From Chthonomonadales bacterium (GTDB lineage: Bacteria; Armatimonadota; Chthonomonadetes; Chthonomonadales; CAJBBX01): DNA of 64,000 nt. Every line of letters begins with the position of its first letter. The stretch's first letter is position 1. Of this stretch, positions 45,626 through 57,233 are shown one piece after another. The notes beneath the pieces are model-generated. The model ran no database searches, was not told where the DNA came from, and saw only the letters and a program-made list of their open reading frames with translations. The DNA lies in contig JBBIPC010000010.1 of NCBI GenBank assembly GCA_037443035.1, positions 1-64,000 on the forward strand, written 5' to 3'. Position numbers and translations under genes: made by a program.

Positions 45626-46785
45626 GCTGTCAGCACGTCTCTCGTAGCGTCGACCACGCGTTCGACGTCATCGTCGCTCATCCGACTGTAGATCGGCAGG
45701 CTCACAGCCCTGTGGAACGCGACATCTGCCTTCGGAAACATCTCTGGTCGCAAGCCGTATGTGTCTCGCCAGTAAGGTTGTCGGTGTAGAGGTATGAAAT
45801 GCACGCTCGTCCCGATTCCACGAGATGCCATGGCTTCGATGAAAGCGCCTCGATCCACGGGCGCTTCCGGTCGTATTCGCAGGACGTAGAGATGCCAAGC
45901 ATGCAGCTCGCCGTCGGGAGCGTGGGGCGGTAGGTCAACAGGCAGATCTGCGAAGGCCACGTCATATCGTCGCGCGATGGCCTCTCGCCGTTCGCGCATG
46001 GCACGTACCCGACGGAGTTGCTGCAATCCCAGCGCAGCCGCCACGTCCGTCATGTTGTACTTGAAGCCTGGCGCAACGACTTCATAGTACCACGCCGGTA
46101 CCTGAGAGGTGTACCGGTCGAAGGCATCACGGTCAATGCCATGGAGCCGCATGATCCGGCATCGCTGAGCAATGTTGTGGTCAGTAGTGACGACCATGCC
46201 ACCCTCTCCGGTGGCGAGGGTCTTCGTGGCGTAGAAGCTGAAGACTGTAGCATCGCTTGGCAGTGTGCCGACCAGACGGCCGCCCCATGTCGCGGGCAGC
46301 GCATGCGCGGCATCCTCGACGACCCGTATCCCATGCCGCTCAGCGATCGCATGGATTGTAGCCATTTCGCACGGAAGTCCGCCGATGTGCACGGGCATGA
46401 TGGCACGCGTACGGGGACCGATAGCCGCCTCGACTGCAACTGCATCCATATTGAGCGTCCCTGGATCGATGTCCACGAACACGGGATGGGCGCCCAGGTA
46501 CCGTATGACCTCGGCGGTAGCGGTGAACGTGTAGGTCGTGGTGATAACTTCGTCGCCAGGACCGATCCCACAAGCCTCCAGTGCAAGGTGCAGCCCCGAC
46601 GTAGCGGAGTTCACGGCGATGGCTTCGACGCTCCCGCCTAGAAACGCCGCGAACTCTGCCTCGAAGCGGCGCGTCTTTGGACCCGTAGTGAGCCACCCCG
46701 AGCGAAGAGAGTCGACGACTTCCTCGATCTCGGCCTCAGTGATGTCGGGTAAGGCGAAGGGCAGAAACGGTCGCGGTGTTGTCAT
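45622..46785 (-). CDS. DegT/DnrJ/EryC1 sugar aminotransferase
   Basis: [35 protein letters not shown]. Confidence 0.94.
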   Translation of the reverse strand: MTTPRPFLPFALPDITEAEIEEVVDSLRSGWLTTGPKTRRFEAEFAAFLGGSVEAIAVNSATSGLHLALEACGIGPGDEVITTTYTFTATAEVIRYLGAHPVFVDIDPGTLNMDAVAVEAAIGPRTRAIMPVHIGGLPCEMATIHAIAERHGIRVVEDAAHALPATWGGRLVGTLPSDATVFSFYATKTLATGEGGMVVTTDHNIAQRCRIMRLHGIDRDAFDRYTSQVPAWYYEVVAPGFKYNMTDVAAALGLQQLRRVRAMRERREAIARRYDVAFADLPVDLPPHAPDGELHAWHLYVLRIRPEAPVDRGAFIEAMASRGIGTSVHFIPLHRQPYWRDTYGLRPEMFPKADVAFHRAVSLPIYSRMSDDDVERVVDATRDVLTA

Positions 46786-46942
46786 CACTAGTGCTGGGCA
46801 CAACGGTGCGCGAAGAATGGTACCCCATCAGCGCTCACGGACGGCCGGGCTTCGCTCCCGTGGCGGCGCCGTAGGGTCGCCGAACGAAAGTCGCGACGTA
46901 CAGCGCTGCGCTGGACAGAGTCATGCACGGGAGAGGACCTTG

Positions 46943-47581
46943 TCACTGGAAGCGCATGTAGTACTCATTCCTGAGGCGGCGGCCGCTCGCCACGAAGGTG
47001 CCCCTCAGGGTGAAGCCCGACGAAACGTGAAAGGCATTCACTGCGTCGTTGTCCGTGGCGTCGGTGAACAGGTACACGCCGGACACGCCGGCTTGCCTCG
47101 CCGCGGCAACAAAGGCTTTCGTGAGCTCGCGCCCCAGCCCACGCCCCTGATACGCAGGGTGTACTCCCACAGAACAGAGTTCGGCCTCCTCAGGATGGGG
47201 CTCCGGTGCGGCGCCCCGACCGCCAAAGACACCCAGAGCGTTCTGCACCACAATAAGTAGCAGGCCAGGGTTGCGGAAGAGCCCCGCGATCACGTGCGGT
47301 AGCAGCGCCAACGTACGGCGGCGCAAGTGACGCGAGAACTCCGTCGGTCTGGCGAAACCTGCCGCGAAACCTACCACCCGGTCGTCCGCTTCTGCGACGT
47401 ACAGGATCCCGCCAGGGAAGTCCAGAACGGCACCGTAATACCCTCGCAGGAAGCCCTTCCCCAGGCGTGTCAGCACGAATCCTGGGAAAGCCTGTGTGTG
47501 CACATCCGCGATTGCATCCAAGTCCGCAGGCTCTGCCACGCGAACAGAGCGTTGTAGGGCTTGCGCTTGCATCGGCGTCAT
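46943..47581 (-). CDS. GNAT N-acetyltransferase
   Basis: VGVHPAYQGRGLG acetyl-CoA motif, N..VNAFH...GF; ATGA overlap with the upstream gene. Confidence 0.85.
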   Translation of the reverse strand: MTPMQAQALQRSVRVAEPADLDAIADVHTQAFPGFVLTRLGKGFLRGYYGAVLDFPGGILYVAEADDRVVGFAAGFARPTEFSRHLRRRTLALLPHVIAGLFRNPGLLLIVVQNALGVFGGRGAAPEPHPEEAELCSVGVHPAYQGRGLGRELTKAFVAAARQAGVSGVYLFTDATDNDAVNAFHVSSGFTLRGTFVASGRRLRNEYYMRFQ

Positions 47582-48813
47582 CTCGGTCCTATCACTGATT
47601 GCAGGATGGCCTCTACCATTGTCACGCACGCTGCTCGGGATAGGTGCCTCACAGCGTAGTCCCTGCCAGCATACCCAAGCTTGTGGAGAACGTCCGGTTG
47701 GTGCATGAGGCCCCTGACAGCGCGTGCCAATGCCTCTGCGTCGGCGGGTGGTACCACGACTCCCGCTCGAGCCTCTTGGATCACCTGCCAAGCATCGCCG
47801 ACCGCTGGGATGGATGCGACTATGGGACGTCCGGCAGCCATGATCGTGGCGATCTTCGAGGGCACGGTCGGCGTCACGACCTCGGGGCGAAGCGTGACCA
47901 AGCACACATCCGCGGCGGCAAGCACCTCCGGGTACTTCTCCTTCGGCTGCATGGGTAGGAACACCGTGTTCGGGAGTCCTGCGGCAGCTGTGGCCAGCCG
48001 ATCCCGTTCCGCGCCGCCTCCGACCATGACCCAACGCAGATCAGGGACGTCCTGCGTCAGCCGCGCCGCTTCGATGACGACGTCCAGTCCCTGGGAGAAG
48101 CCCATAGTGCCGGCGAATACGACCAGGAACTTGTCTCCCAACCCGTGTTCCTGCCGAAAGCGCCGCCGCGCCTCCTCGCTGACTGGTCCCACCGCGAACG
48201 CCTCCACATCCACCCAGTTCGGCACCACGTGCACCCGGTCCGGGTTCGCACCACGTCCGATGACGAACTCCCGATTGCCCTCCGACATCACGGTAATGGC
48301 CGACGCCGTTCGGTAGACCTTGGCCTCCATGCCTTCGAAGATCCGGATCATCCGCCTGCTGCGCAGGATGCCCAGGTCCACCATGCACTGGGGAAATAGG
48401 TCCTGTACATTCGCCACCCAGGGCACTCGAAATCGCTGCGCCACTCGGCGCGCTGCAAGACCCATCATGATGGGAGGCGTCACCGTGTAGACGACATCCG
48501 GCCTGCGCGCGAACATAGCCCGCATGGCCAATACGGGCGGCGCGAGGATCTGCACAAGCCCGCGGCTCAGGACGGAGGACCCGTACAGATTCGGACCGTT
48601 GATGCGCAACACGTCCATGCCGCCCATCTGTCCGCGGCAGAGCAACTTCCCCCGGTACTGCTGCGGCATGACCGGTACATTGTAACGCGGGAAGTTCGTC
48701 ACCACGGTGACCCGGTGCCCACGCTGCGCTAAGGTCTCGCCCAACTCGTACGGGAGATGAGGACCTGAGCCGATCTCTGGCGGGAAGTAGTGCGTGAAGA
48801 GAAGGACGTGCAT
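47578..48813 (-). CDS. GT4 glycosyltransferase (WbuB-like L-FucNAc transferase)
   Basis: HYFPPE, VQDLFP, VPNWVD, AGTMG.SQ, PSKI. Confidence 0.88.
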   Translation of the reverse strand: MHVLLFTHYFPPEIGSGPHLPYELGETLAQRGHRVTVVTNFPRYNVPVMPQQYRGKLLCRGQMGGMDVLRINGPNLYGSSVLSRGLVQILAPPVLAMRAMFARRPDVVYTVTPPIMMGLAARRVAQRFRVPWVANVQDLFPQCMVDLGILRSRRMIRIFEGMEAKVYRTASAITVMSEGNREFVIGRGANPDRVHVVPNWVDVEAFAVGPVSEEARRRFRQEHGLGDKFLVVFAGTMGFSQGLDVVIEAARLTQDVPDLRWVMVGGGAERDRLATAAAGLPNTVFLPMQPKEKYPEVLAAADVCLVTLRPEVVTPTVPSKIATIMAAGRPIVASIPAVGDAWQVIQEARAGVVVPPADAEALARAVRGLMHQPDVLHKLGYAGRDYAVRHLSRAACVTMVEAILQSVIGPR

Positions 48814-48826
48814 GGGCAACAGGCAG

Positions 48827-49957
48827 TCAGTGCTGATGCCAGACGGTTCGGTTCACATAGCCCGTGTACGAAAGGATGATCCGCACCACCTTCTCGGAAA
48901 CGTTGGGCGCAGTGTAGTCCGAAACGATACGAAGAAGCCGCTGCTCCCCTCGTGGTTGCGCCTCGAGAATCTCCAGCCCTTGCAGCACGCTCTCCAAGTC
49001 CATGCCCACCATCATGACCGCGCCTTCTTCCATGCCCTCGGGGCGCTCATGAGCCTCCCGAATGTTGAGGGCCGGGAAGTTCAGGATGGAAGACTCCTCC
49101 GTGATCGTCCCACTGTCGGACAACACCGCGCGCGCTTCCGCCTGCAGTCGCACGTAATCCGTGAACGCCAGCGGCTTCAGGAAACGGACCCGTTCATCCA
49201 CCTTGCGGCCCGACGCCTCCAAACGCTTTCGAGTACGCGGATGTGTGGAAACGATCACCGGCAACCGGAATCGCTGCGCCAGGGTGTTAAGGATCTCGAG
49301 CAGCTTGCCGAAGAGCACCGGCGAGTCCACATTCTCCTCTCGATGGGAACTCACGACGAAGTAGGAGTGCGGCGTTAGCCCGAGGCGCTCCAACGCCGTG
49401 GAGGCACGTATCTTCGGCATGTAGTAATGCAGCACCTCGAACATGGGGCTACCGGTCTTGATCACCGTATCAGGCGGAATACCCTCCCGAAGGAGATACT
49501 CCCGCGCGATGGAGCTGTAGGGCATGTTGATGTCGGCGATGTGATCGATGATCCGCCGGTTGATCTCTTCCGGCACGCGTTGGTCGAAGCAGCGGTTGCC
49601 CGCCTCCATGTGGAAAACGGGAATACGCCGCCGCTTGGCCGCGATGGCAGCCAGGCAGCTGTTCGTGTCGCCGAGCACCAGACACGCCTGCGGCTGGATT
49701 TCCCCCAGCACCCGGTCGGCGCGGGCGATGGTCTGGCCGATGGTCTCCGCTGCCGTCTCGCCAGCCGCGTCCAGATAGTGGTCCGGCGGCCGAATCTCCA
49801 TGTCCTCGAAGAAGACCTGGTTCAGCTCGTAATCGTAGTTCTGGCCCGTGTGGATGAGCACATGGTCGGTGTAGCGATCCAGGGCCGCGATGACGCGCGA
49901 GAGGCGGATGATCTCCGGCCGAGTGCCCACGATCGTGGCCACGCGGAGCTTAGCCAC
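48827..49957 (-). CDS. fnlC: UDP-N-acetylhexosamine 2-epimerase (FnlC/WbjD/CapG type)
   Basis: [38 protein letters not shown]. Confidence 0.9.
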   Translation of the reverse strand: MAKLRVATIVGTRPEIIRLSRVIAALDRYTDHVLIHTGQNYDYELNQVFFEDMEIRPPDHYLDAAGETAAETIGQTIARADRVLGEIQPQACLVLGDTNSCLAAIAAKRRRIPVFHMEAGNRCFDQRVPEEINRRIIDHIADINMPYSSIAREYLLREGIPPDTVIKTGSPMFEVLHYYMPKIRASTALERLGLTPHSYFVVSSHREENVDSPVLFGKLLEILNTLAQRFRLPVIVSTHPRTRKRLEASGRKVDERVRFLKPLAFTDYVRLQAEARAVLSDSGTITEESSILNFPALNIREAHERPEGMEEGAVMMVGMDLESVLQGLEILEAQPRGEQRLLRIVSDYTAPNVSEKVVRIILSYTGYVNRTVWHQH

Positions 49958-51068
49958 AGTCTACCTCTTCGAAGTAGGTGTCCGGCTGCTCCGGATCGAA
50001 CACCTCCGACGCCCAGAACAGGGTAACCATGTCCGTGGTTCCGACGTTCTCGATGCAATGAGTCCATCCTGGTGGAATGTCCACTACTCTGAGGTCATCA
50101 CCGCGGACCCGGATCCGCTCGACAGTCTCGGTACCGATCCGCCGCAGCCGTATCTCCGCCTCGCCCGTCAGAACGAGGAACTTTTCCACCTTCGTATCGT
50201 GGTAATGGTTTCCGCGAACTACACCGGGTTTCGTTGTCGAGACGAAGATCTGCCCCGCACCGGCCGTTTTCAGGAACTCCGCCAGCACGCCCCGATTGTC
50301 AGCCCGCCGCTGCAAGGAATAACTCCACCCATCCTCCGGCAGGAACGCGTTGTACGTCGCCAGGAGCCGCCGGTTTAGCGGATCCCCAAGATCCGGCAGC
50401 ATGAGAGTCTGCCGGCTTTGACGGATGGCCTCGAGGCGCTCCACGATCTCGCCCAACGTGATTTGGAAGACCGGTTCCACACGCCCGTAGCGAAATCCCC
50501 GCTCTCCCGGCTCGTCCAACAGTTGCATGAACGTGGAGACGACGTCGTCAATGTAGACCAGTTGCATCTCGCGTGCCGGGTCGCTGACGGTGATCGGTAG
50601 GCCGCGTGATCGGTTATGGCAGAAGGTGGCGATTGCCGAGTTGTAGTTCGGCCGCGACCACTTGCCGAAAACGTTCGGCAGCCGGAACGCCACAGCCGTC
50701 GCACCCGTCCGGTCGGCGTAGCGGCGGAGTTCGTCTTCCGCAGCGCGCTTGGATTGCCCATATGGATTGTCGAGTTCCGCCTGAATGGACGAAGACAGGA
50801 CGATCAGGGGCGGCTCCGGTGCTGCGGCCGCGAGGTGGCAGACCTGAGCGGTCGAGCCGGTGTTACCAGCGGCATACTCCGCCGGGTCCTGGGGCCGATT
50901 GACACCCGCCAGGTGGTAGATGACCTGCGCCTGAGCCACCAAATCGGCCAGATCTCCGGGCGTTCCCAGGTCGTACTCCAGAATCTCCACATCCTTTCGG
51001 CGACGGAGAGCCACGACCAGGTTGCGGCCAACAAACCCCGCCGAACCTGTTACCAGCACTCGGGTCAT
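49950..51068 (-). CDS. fnlB: Reductase + cupin (FnlB/WbjC/CapF type)
   Basis: [45 protein letters not shown]. Confidence 0.9.
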   Translation of the reverse strand: MTRVLVTGSAGFVGRNLVVALRRRKDVEILEYDLGTPGDLADLVAQAQVIYHLAGVNRPQDPAEYAAGNTGSTAQVCHLAAAAPEPPLIVLSSSIQAELDNPYGQSKRAAEDELRRYADRTGATAVAFRLPNVFGKWSRPNYNSAIATFCHNRSRGLPITVSDPAREMQLVYIDDVVSTFMQLLDEPGERGFRYGRVEPVFQITLGEIVERLEAIRQSRQTLMLPDLGDPLNRRLLATYNAFLPEDGWSYSLQRRADNRGVLAEFLKTAGAGQIFVSTTKPGVVRGNHYHDTKVEKFLVLTGEAEIRLRRIGTETVERIRVRGDDLRVVDIPPGWTHCIENVGTTDMVTLFWASEVFDPEQPDTYFEEVDCG

Positions 51069-52087
51069 GGCCGCTGCCATCCCTCCAACTGCTCTTGAAC
51101 ATACTCAAGGTTCATCAGCAGCCGGACCATCCCGTCCACATCCAGCCGTTCCGTGTTATGGCTATGATAGTCCTCCACCTGGCTGGCCTGAGGCATGCCC
51201 TCGGTGAAGTACAGGGCGTAGTTGAGATCCCGCGTATCGGCAGGCACGCGGAAGTACCGTCCTAGGTCCGCCGACCGGACGCGTTCTTCCCGCGTGAGCA
51301 GCGTCTCGTACAGCTTCTCGCCATGCCGTGTCCCGATAATCCGGACCGGATTGTCCACACCGAACACCCGCTTCACCGCCTCGGCCAAGGTTCCGATGGT
51401 GGCCGCCGGCGCCTTCTGCACGAAAATGTCGCCCGGCTCTCCGTGTTCGAACGCGAACAGCACCAAGTCCACCGCATCCTCGATGGACATCATGAACCGC
51501 GTCATGTTCGGATCGGTGACCGTCAGCGGCTCACCGCGCTTGACTTGCTCGATGAACAGGGGTATGACCGAGCCCCGCGACGCCATGACATTGCCATAGC
51601 GCGTTCCACACATGATGCAACCGCGCTCCGCAGCGACCCTGGACTTGGCGATCATGAGCTTCTCCATGAGCGCCTTGCTCAGCCCCATGGCGTTGATGGG
51701 ATACACCGCCTTGTCCGTGCTCAGGACCACCACACGCTCCACGCCGCACTCCATGGCCGCCGTGAGCACGTTCTCCGCCCCCAACGAGTTGGTCTTGATG
51801 GCCTCGATGGGATAGAACTCGCAGGAAGGCACCTGCTTCAGCGCCGCCGCATGGAAAACGTAATGGACCCCCACCATGGCGTCATGGAGGCTTTGCGGCT
51901 CGCGCACATCCCCGATATAGAACCGCAGGCGCGGAGTGCCGTAATGCAGCCGCATGTCCTCCTGCTTCTTCTCGTCCCGGCTGAATACACGGATTTCCCG
52001 GGCGTCCGTCGCCAGGAACCGCCGCACCGCCGCGTTCCCGAAGGAACCCGTGCCGCCAGTGATCAACACCACCTTGTCGTCGAACAT
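51065..52087 (-). CDS. fnlA: UDP-GlcNAc 4,6-dehydratase/epimerase (FnlA/WbjB/CapE type)
   Basis: GGTGSFG, SRDEKKQ, AALKQVPSCEF, STDKAVYPINAMG.SK, RHGEK. Confidence 0.93.
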   Translation of the reverse strand: MFDDKVVLITGGTGSFGNAAVRRFLATDAREIRVFSRDEKKQEDMRLHYGTPRLRFYIGDVREPQSLHDAMVGVHYVFHAAALKQVPSCEFYPIEAIKTNSLGAENVLTAAMECGVERVVVLSTDKAVYPINAMGLSKALMEKLMIAKSRVAAERGCIMCGTRYGNVMASRGSVIPLFIEQVKRGEPLTVTDPNMTRFMMSIEDAVDLVLFAFEHGEPGDIFVQKAPAATIGTLAEAVKRVFGVDNPVRIIGTRHGEKLYETLLTREERVRSADLGRYFRVPADTRDLNYALYFTEGMPQASQVEDYHSHNTERLDVDGMVRLLMNLEYVQEQLEGWQRP

Positions 52088-52123
52088 GCCGCCTCCTGCT
52101 TCGCCTATTCGGACCGCCTCATC

Positions 52124-53251
52124 CTACTGGGCCAACTCCCCCCACAACTCTACGAGCCGATGGGTCACCACTGGAGCCGCATACTCGGTTCGAGCGCGGC
52201 GCCTGCCCTCCGTCCCCATCCGCTCGCGAAGACAGGCGTCGGTTGTCAATCGCGCGATGGCACGCGCCAGTGCGTCCACATCCCTCGCAGGCACGCAGAT
52301 CCCGCACGGGTCGCTGCCATCCACCTCCAGCATGTCACGGATCGCGCCCACGTCGGTGCCCAGCACCGCGCGCCCACACGCCATGGCCTCCGCCACCACG
52401 TTCGGAAACCCCTCCGAGTGGCTCGGAAGGGCGAACACATCCGCCCCAGCGATCATCCGCATGGTGTCCTCGTAAGATAGCGTACCACGAAACTCCAGCC
52501 GGACGCCTCCCTGGGCCATCGCCTCCAGCTCCCGGCGGTACCCCGCCTCCACCGGACCTGCCATGCGAAGCTCCACGGCCACCTCCGCCAACACGCAGGC
52601 CTTGACCAGGTCGCTCACCCCCTTCGACGGCAGCACATGCCCCGCATAGGCCACTACCGGTATCTCAGCCGATCGCCCAGGACCTACGGCCTCTATTGGC
52701 ATGGCAGCCAACGCCGCCTCCACCGCCTCGACGTCCACCATGTTCGGCATCGTCCGCACGTCCGCGCCTGGGCAAGCCCCCTGCAGCACCCGCTCCGAGC
52801 GCCGGTCCAGTACCAGCGTCCGTGCCGCCGCTTCGGTGCAGCGTCGCAGCAACGTCCATTCCCGGTTCTCCGCTTCCCGGAGCCGCGGTATCCGGCCCAT
52901 CCGATAGTGAATGACGGCAGGTACCCTCCGCGCTTGGCTCAGTCGGAGCATCCACAAGTCCCGCACGAGAGCCGGCCCAGCGCTCGTGCAAACATGCACC
53001 ACGTCCGGCGCCCCCCGCGCCAAGAAACTGCGAAAGCGCACCACGTCCCGGATCGCCTGTACCGCGCCCCCAGTCAGCCGCACGGGAGCGGAAAGCTGCG
53101 TGACCCCGCGCCAACGGACCGCCGTATCCAAGTGCAGCACCTGGACACTCCCCCGCCTCTCCAGCTCCCGCAACAAGATGCGCGTCCACGTCGCGATCCC
53201 CCCAGGCGGCGGCGGGAGCGGGGAGACGAGGAGGACGGAGAGACCCGGCAA
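52124..53251 (-). CDS. GT4 glycosyltransferase
   Basis: PPPPGG, KG, LPSHSEGFPNVVAEAM. Confidence 0.9.
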   Translation of the reverse strand: MPGLSVLLVSPLPPPPGGIATWTRILLRELERRGSVQVLHLDTAVRWRGVTQLSAPVRLTGGAVQAIRDVVRFRSFLARGAPDVVHVCTSAGPALVRDLWMLRLSQARRVPAVIHYRMGRIPRLREAENREWTLLRRCTEAAARTLVLDRRSERVLQGACPGADVRTMPNMVDVEAVEAALAAMPIEAVGPGRSAEIPVVAYAGHVLPSKGVSDLVKACVLAEVAVELRMAGPVEAGYRRELEAMAQGGVRLEFRGTLSYEDTMRMIAGADVFALPSHSEGFPNVVAEAMACGRAVLGTDVGAIRDMLEVDGSDPCGICVPARDVDALARAIARLTTDACLRERMGTEGRRRARTEYAAPVVTHRLVELWGELAQ

Positions 53252-53256
53252 CTGGC

Positions 53257-53859
53257 TCAGTTCTCCGTCTGCAAGTATGACTGCTGAGCAGCTTCGAGCT
53301 CAGCGCGGGACAGGCGCTTCTCTATGGGATATAGAAGCTCTTCGTGACGTAGCACGCCTTCGACGTCCCAGCGGAAGCGCAGAACCCTCGCGGGGCAGCC
53401 GGCTACTATCGCGTAGGGCGGCACATCGCTCGTTACCACCGCCCCCGCTCCAATTACCGAGCCGCGGCCAACCCTTACGCCTCGCAGAATGATAGCCCGC
53501 GCGCCGATCCACACATCGTCCTCGACAGCCACACCAAGGTCGTCATCGGGCCGCTTTTCCGTAACGTCCATCATGGCTCTGCCGATTTCGCGCGTATTGT
53601 GCCCACCCCCGATGATCATCACCTCCGGGCCGAGCATGACTTTGTTCCCAATACGGACGGTCGAGCGTGCCGCTATGATGGTTGGTCGCAATCCGAGGTT
53701 GACGTCGTCGCCGACATGGATGTTGCGAAAGCTGTAGCAGCCGCGCGGGTCGAAGCGGAAATGTTTCCCGTGACTGCCGAACAGAGGCATAAGCAGCCAC
53801 ATGGCGAGACGGCGTGCCAGAGCCGCGACGGCGATAACGCTCCAACCTACGAGCCGCAT
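53257..53859 (-). CDS. Hexapeptide-repeat O-acyltransferase
   Basis: [45 protein letters not shown]. Confidence 0.9.
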   Translation of the reverse strand: MRLVGWSVIAVAALARRLAMWLLMPLFGSHGKHFRFDPRGCYSFRNIHVGDDVNLGLRPTIIAARSTVRIGNKVMLGPEVMIIGGGHNTREIGRAMMDVTEKRPDDDLGVAVEDDVWIGARAIILRGVRVGRGSVIGAGAVVTSDVPPYAIVAGCPARVLRFRWDVEGVLRHEELLYPIEKRLSRAELEAAQQSYLQTEN

Positions 53860-55031
53860 GGAAGTGACAACGTGGCAAGCGCAGTGTCAGGAACCTGCTC
53901 TGGCCAGTGGAGCGGAGGTCCTGGCCTACCCACCGCTGCCGACTCGAGGATCTTACTGTAAGACGTGAGTACCTTGTCCGGATCTAGCAACTGGCGCGCT
54001 CGCTCGAAGCTACGCCGTCCCATCTCCTGCAAGGCATCCACACCGGCTTCGACTAACGTCGCGACACTCGCAGCTATGGAGCCGACCTCCCGTGGATCGA
54101 AGAGCGTGCCGGTGACACCCTCTACTACGAGGTTGCCCATGTCCGAGACGGCACTGCTAGCGATTGGCCTACCCATCGCCATTCCTTCGCATACGACGTT
54201 CGGCAATCCTTCGTAGAGCGATGGCAGGGCAACGACATGCGCTTCGGCGTATCTACGAGCGATGTTCGTCTCCGCCTCATGCAAACGGACCAGGTTTTCA
54301 AGACCGTGCTGCAGGATCAAAGACTCGGCGGCCTCGCGCTCATCCGCTCCCCGGCCGGCAGACGCCCGCCCTCCATACCAGTCCGTCTGAACGTGTAGGT
54401 TAGGCCATCGCAGGCGGATCTCCTGCATAGCCCGCACCCAGCCGGTCACGTTCTTCAGGCGCTGGTAACTCGCTGCGATCGTAATGCGCAGGTTACCCCA
54501 GGAGCGCTCCGGCAGAGGGAGAAACGGGAACGCCTCGAAGTTCACCCCGTTGTAGATCGTCCATACACGTCCACGCAACCTCCGGTTCGTGTGTTCAATC
54601 ATCAGGCGATTGGCGTGAGAGTTTGTGACGACGGCGTCAGCTAGGCTGTGCAACGCGCGCCGGAGACGCACGCGGAATGTCCTGTAATCGGGGGTAGAGG
54701 ACCGCTCACCCACGACCAGTCCCCACTGCCGCCTAGGTATGCCAGCCAACTCCGCATAGAGGCTCGGCATAGGGAGAAACGCCAACACGACATCCGGGGA
54801 TAGCGACCGAATTACCGTGCGCACTGCACGGACCTTCCGTAGGAGACTGTTGGCCCTGATCGTGTGTATCGGCACGCCGGCGTCGAGCAAACGTCCCGCG
54901 AAGTGGCCACCTTCGTGATATGTGAGCATCTCCGCATCCAGTCCCCGCCGGCTCAGACCCAAGGCAAGTTCCACCAGCTGTCTCTGTGCCCCGCCCGGAC
55001 CAAGGTTGTCTATGAAGCACAGGACCTTCAA
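53847..55031 (-). CDS. GT4 glycosyltransferase
   Basis: [34 protein letters not shown] start inferred. Confidence 0.88.
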   Translation of the reverse strand: MKVLCFIDNLGPGGAQRQLVELALGLSRRGLDAEMLTYHEGGHFAGRLLDAGVPIHTIRANSLLRKVRAVRTVIRSLSPDVVLAFLPMPSLYAELAGIPRRQWGLVVGERSSTPDYRTFRVRLRRALHSLADAVVTNSHANRLMIEHTNRRLRGRVWTIYNGVNFEAFPFLPLPERSWGNLRITIAASYQRLKNVTGWVRAMQEIRLRWPNLHVQTDWYGGRASAGRGADEREAAESLILQHGLENLVRLHEAETNIARRYAEAHVVALPSLYEGLPNVVCEGMAMGRPIASSAVSDMGNLVVEGVTGTLFDPREVGSIAASVATLVEAGVDALQEMGRRSFERARQLLDPDKVLTSYSKILESAAVGRPGPPLHWPEQVPDTALATLSLPCGS

Positions 55032-55038
55032 GTTGCCG

Positions 55039-56415
55039 CTACGAGGACGGAGGGGACGAGGTCGTTGCATCAATGAAGGATCGGCTCTGAGCCGATGGTA
55101 TCTGCAATCGGCCGCCCGGACCCAGAACCGCACGCCTGCGACGGCTCACATTCGCCCCCGCCGCCAGCGCATAGCCGAATACGAACCACAGCGGCTTTCG
55201 ACGGATCCAGTTGCTCGTCAAGGCTGCAGCCATCACCGCGACTGTAAGCATGATGGGCAGCATGCCATGTCTAGTGCGGCTCGCCCTCCGGGCCAATGCG
55301 AAGCACACTCCGACCCCCGCCAGGAACGGGACCATACCGACGACGCCTGTCTCTGTGAGGATGTACAGGTAGAGGTCATGGGGGTCCAGGGACTCCCGCC
55401 GCTGCTCTGTCGTTGGGGCTCGTTTGGCCAGCTCCCGTGTGTTCCCCTCCGGTCCCCAGCCCAGGACTGGGCGTTCCCATATCATCGCCAGAGCCGCTGG
55501 GTAGATCCGCTCCCGTCCCGCCAGCCGTCCAGCCGCCACGGCTTCTTCCCATCGAGCGCGGGAGATGAACACCGTGTAGACGGTGTAGTACAGGACCGTA
55601 CCAAGCACGACGAACAGAGCCAGGTTGCGGAATCTTCGGGCCAGCGTCTCGCCCTGGAAGGCCAGCGTGAGGAGCCCTCCGGCAATACCGACGACCGCTC
55701 CACGGGACCCCGTACTCGCCATAGCGTAGAGGAGCACGAGCACCACCACCGGGGTTGTCCACTTTCCGAAGCGGCTACTGAAGCGGGAGGTGAAGGCCAT
55801 GCCGATGTGTATGAGGAGACCCAGGGCCAGGGTCGCGCCGAGAGCATTGGCGTTAGCCCCTCCAAAGGATAGGCGGGCTCCGTGACTAGTGAGAACTGTG
55901 GTGCGACCGACGCCAAGCATCATCAGCACGGCAATGGACACGCAGCCTGCCACGAACGCGCGTAGCCCCAGAACTGCCGCCTCTTCGTCCCTCATGACGT
56001 TCGCCGTTATCCACATCATGCATAGAAGTTGCGCCACAGTCGTCAGCCTGCCAAGGACCGCGCTGGCATAGTTCACGGAGAGCGGCAGACCCATCAGGAA
56101 GGCCACCATGAGATAAGCGAAGAACCACCAAAACGCGGCCGGAGGACGCCGCAGTGTCACGCGCGGCTGAAGCAGGGCCGCGGCCAAGAACAGGAACCCG
56201 ATGATCTTGGTGAGTGCGAACGTCTCACCGACTACCGAGAACATGTCGAACGGCAGGGAGCCGGCGAAGAGGATGAAGGCAACGCGAACGAATCGGTTGA
56301 GATGAACGCTGAGCCCCGGCTGCGGCTGAGCAGCGGTTGGCTGGACCTCGCCGGCTGTGGCGGCTATAGGGGTCGGACGAGCGTTCCGTATGTCAGATAC
56401 GTGCACGGAAGCCAT
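55039..56415 (-). CDS. O-antigen polymerase/ligase family (Wzy-like) membrane protein
   Basis: About 11 TM helices, NANALG, TGSRG, R...P.LGWG, PHDLY. Confidence 0.82.
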   Translation of the reverse strand: MASVHVSDIRNARPTPIAATAGEVQPTAAQPQPGLSVHLNRFVRVAFILFAGSLPFDMFSVVGETFALTKIIGFLFLAAALLQPRVTLRRPPAAFWWFFAYLMVAFLMGLPLSVNYASAVLGRLTTVAQLLCMMWITANVMRDEEAAVLGLRAFVAGCVSIAVLMMLGVGRTTVLTSHGARLSFGGANANALGATLALGLLIHIGMAFTSRFSSRFGKWTTPVVVLVLLYAMASTGSRGAVVGIAGGLLTLAFQGETLARRFRNLALFVVLGTVLYYTVYTVFISRARWEEAVAAGRLAGRERIYPAALAMIWERPVLGWGPEGNTRELAKRAPTTEQRRESLDPHDLYLYILTETGVVGMVPFLAGVGVCFALARRASRTRHGMLPIMLTVAVMAAALTSNWIRRKPLWFVFGYALAAGANVSRRRRAVLGPGGRLQIPSAQSRSFIDATTSSPPSS

Positions 56416-56419
56416 TGTA

Positions 56420-57226
56420 CTACACGTGCCTGTCGGCAATGCGTGCGCCATCGGAAGCCAGCGCTGTGACGTAGATCCGGTTCTGTGCTAGCGACGCCAC
56501 ACAGTGCGGCATGGGAAGGGCTGTGAGGCACCGCTCCAACGGCAGAATGATCGGCGCGGGCAAGAGCATGCGCTGTTCCGAGAACGGAAGGAAGGCCACG
56601 GAATAGGTGCGGAGGACGCGGAGCCCGGCCGCACGGAGCATCTCCACGACCTCCCGATCAGACAGGATCCTGCCACCGACGCGTCGGTGAAGGAATCGCG
56701 CGACGCGGAGGAGACTGCTGTCCGAGTTCTGGTGATTGTTAAATACTAGGATTCCGTCCGGCTCCAGATGGCGGACAAGCACGCTGAGAACGCTCGAGCG
56801 CAGTTCCGGTTGCGCGTTGGCAAAGAAACGGAAGGCCGTGACGACGTCGAACGTCCGTCCGGCCAGTACGTCCTCTTGTGTGATGTCTGATTCTACCAGT
56901 TCGGCCGAGCGGACACGCTCACGAGCTACGCCGAGCATCTCGGCTGAGATATCCACACCAACCGCCTCGGCCACGTGGGGCTCCAGATAGGACACGATGC
57001 GACCTGTGCCGCAAGCGAAGTCCAATAGCCGCAGCGGTCGCCTCGGCGCATACCTACGAAGGACTTCGAGCAACACCTGTTGCTCGATCGCCCAGACCAT
57101 GTTGCGATGGCGGTTCTCGGCGAAGCGTGCATCATATGCTTTCCCCTTGCCAGGCGTCATGTGGGACCGACGGTAATCCCGCCCCGTCATCGCGCTCTCG
57201 TCGTCGTGCTTGGGTGATGTACTCAT
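56420..57226 (-). CDS. Class I SAM-dependent methyltransferase
   Basis: LLDFACGTG, GVDIS..ML, FDVVTAFRF. Confidence 0.9.
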   Translation of the reverse strand: MSTSPKHDDESAMTGRDYRRSHMTPGKGKAYDARFAENRHRNMVWAIEQQVLLEVLRRYAPRRPLRLLDFACGTGRIVSYLEPHVAEAVGVDISAEMLGVARERVRSAELVESDITQEDVLAGRTFDVVTAFRFFANAQPELRSSVLSVLVRHLEPDGILVFNNHQNSDSSLLRVARFLHRRVGGRILSDREVVEMLRAAGLRVLRTYSVAFLPFSEQRMLLPAPIILPLERCLTALPMPHCVASLAQNRIYVTALASDGARIADRHV

Positions 57227-57233
57227 TCGCGTT

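Noticed and set aside
46820..46910. Hammerhead ribozyme
   Set aside because: CTGATG and GAAA lie on opposite strands and the CUGAUGA core is incomplete
46943..48034. 363-aa extended GNAT ORF
   Set aside because: The extension overlaps the GT4 gene; the ATGA-coupled start at 47581 is more plausible
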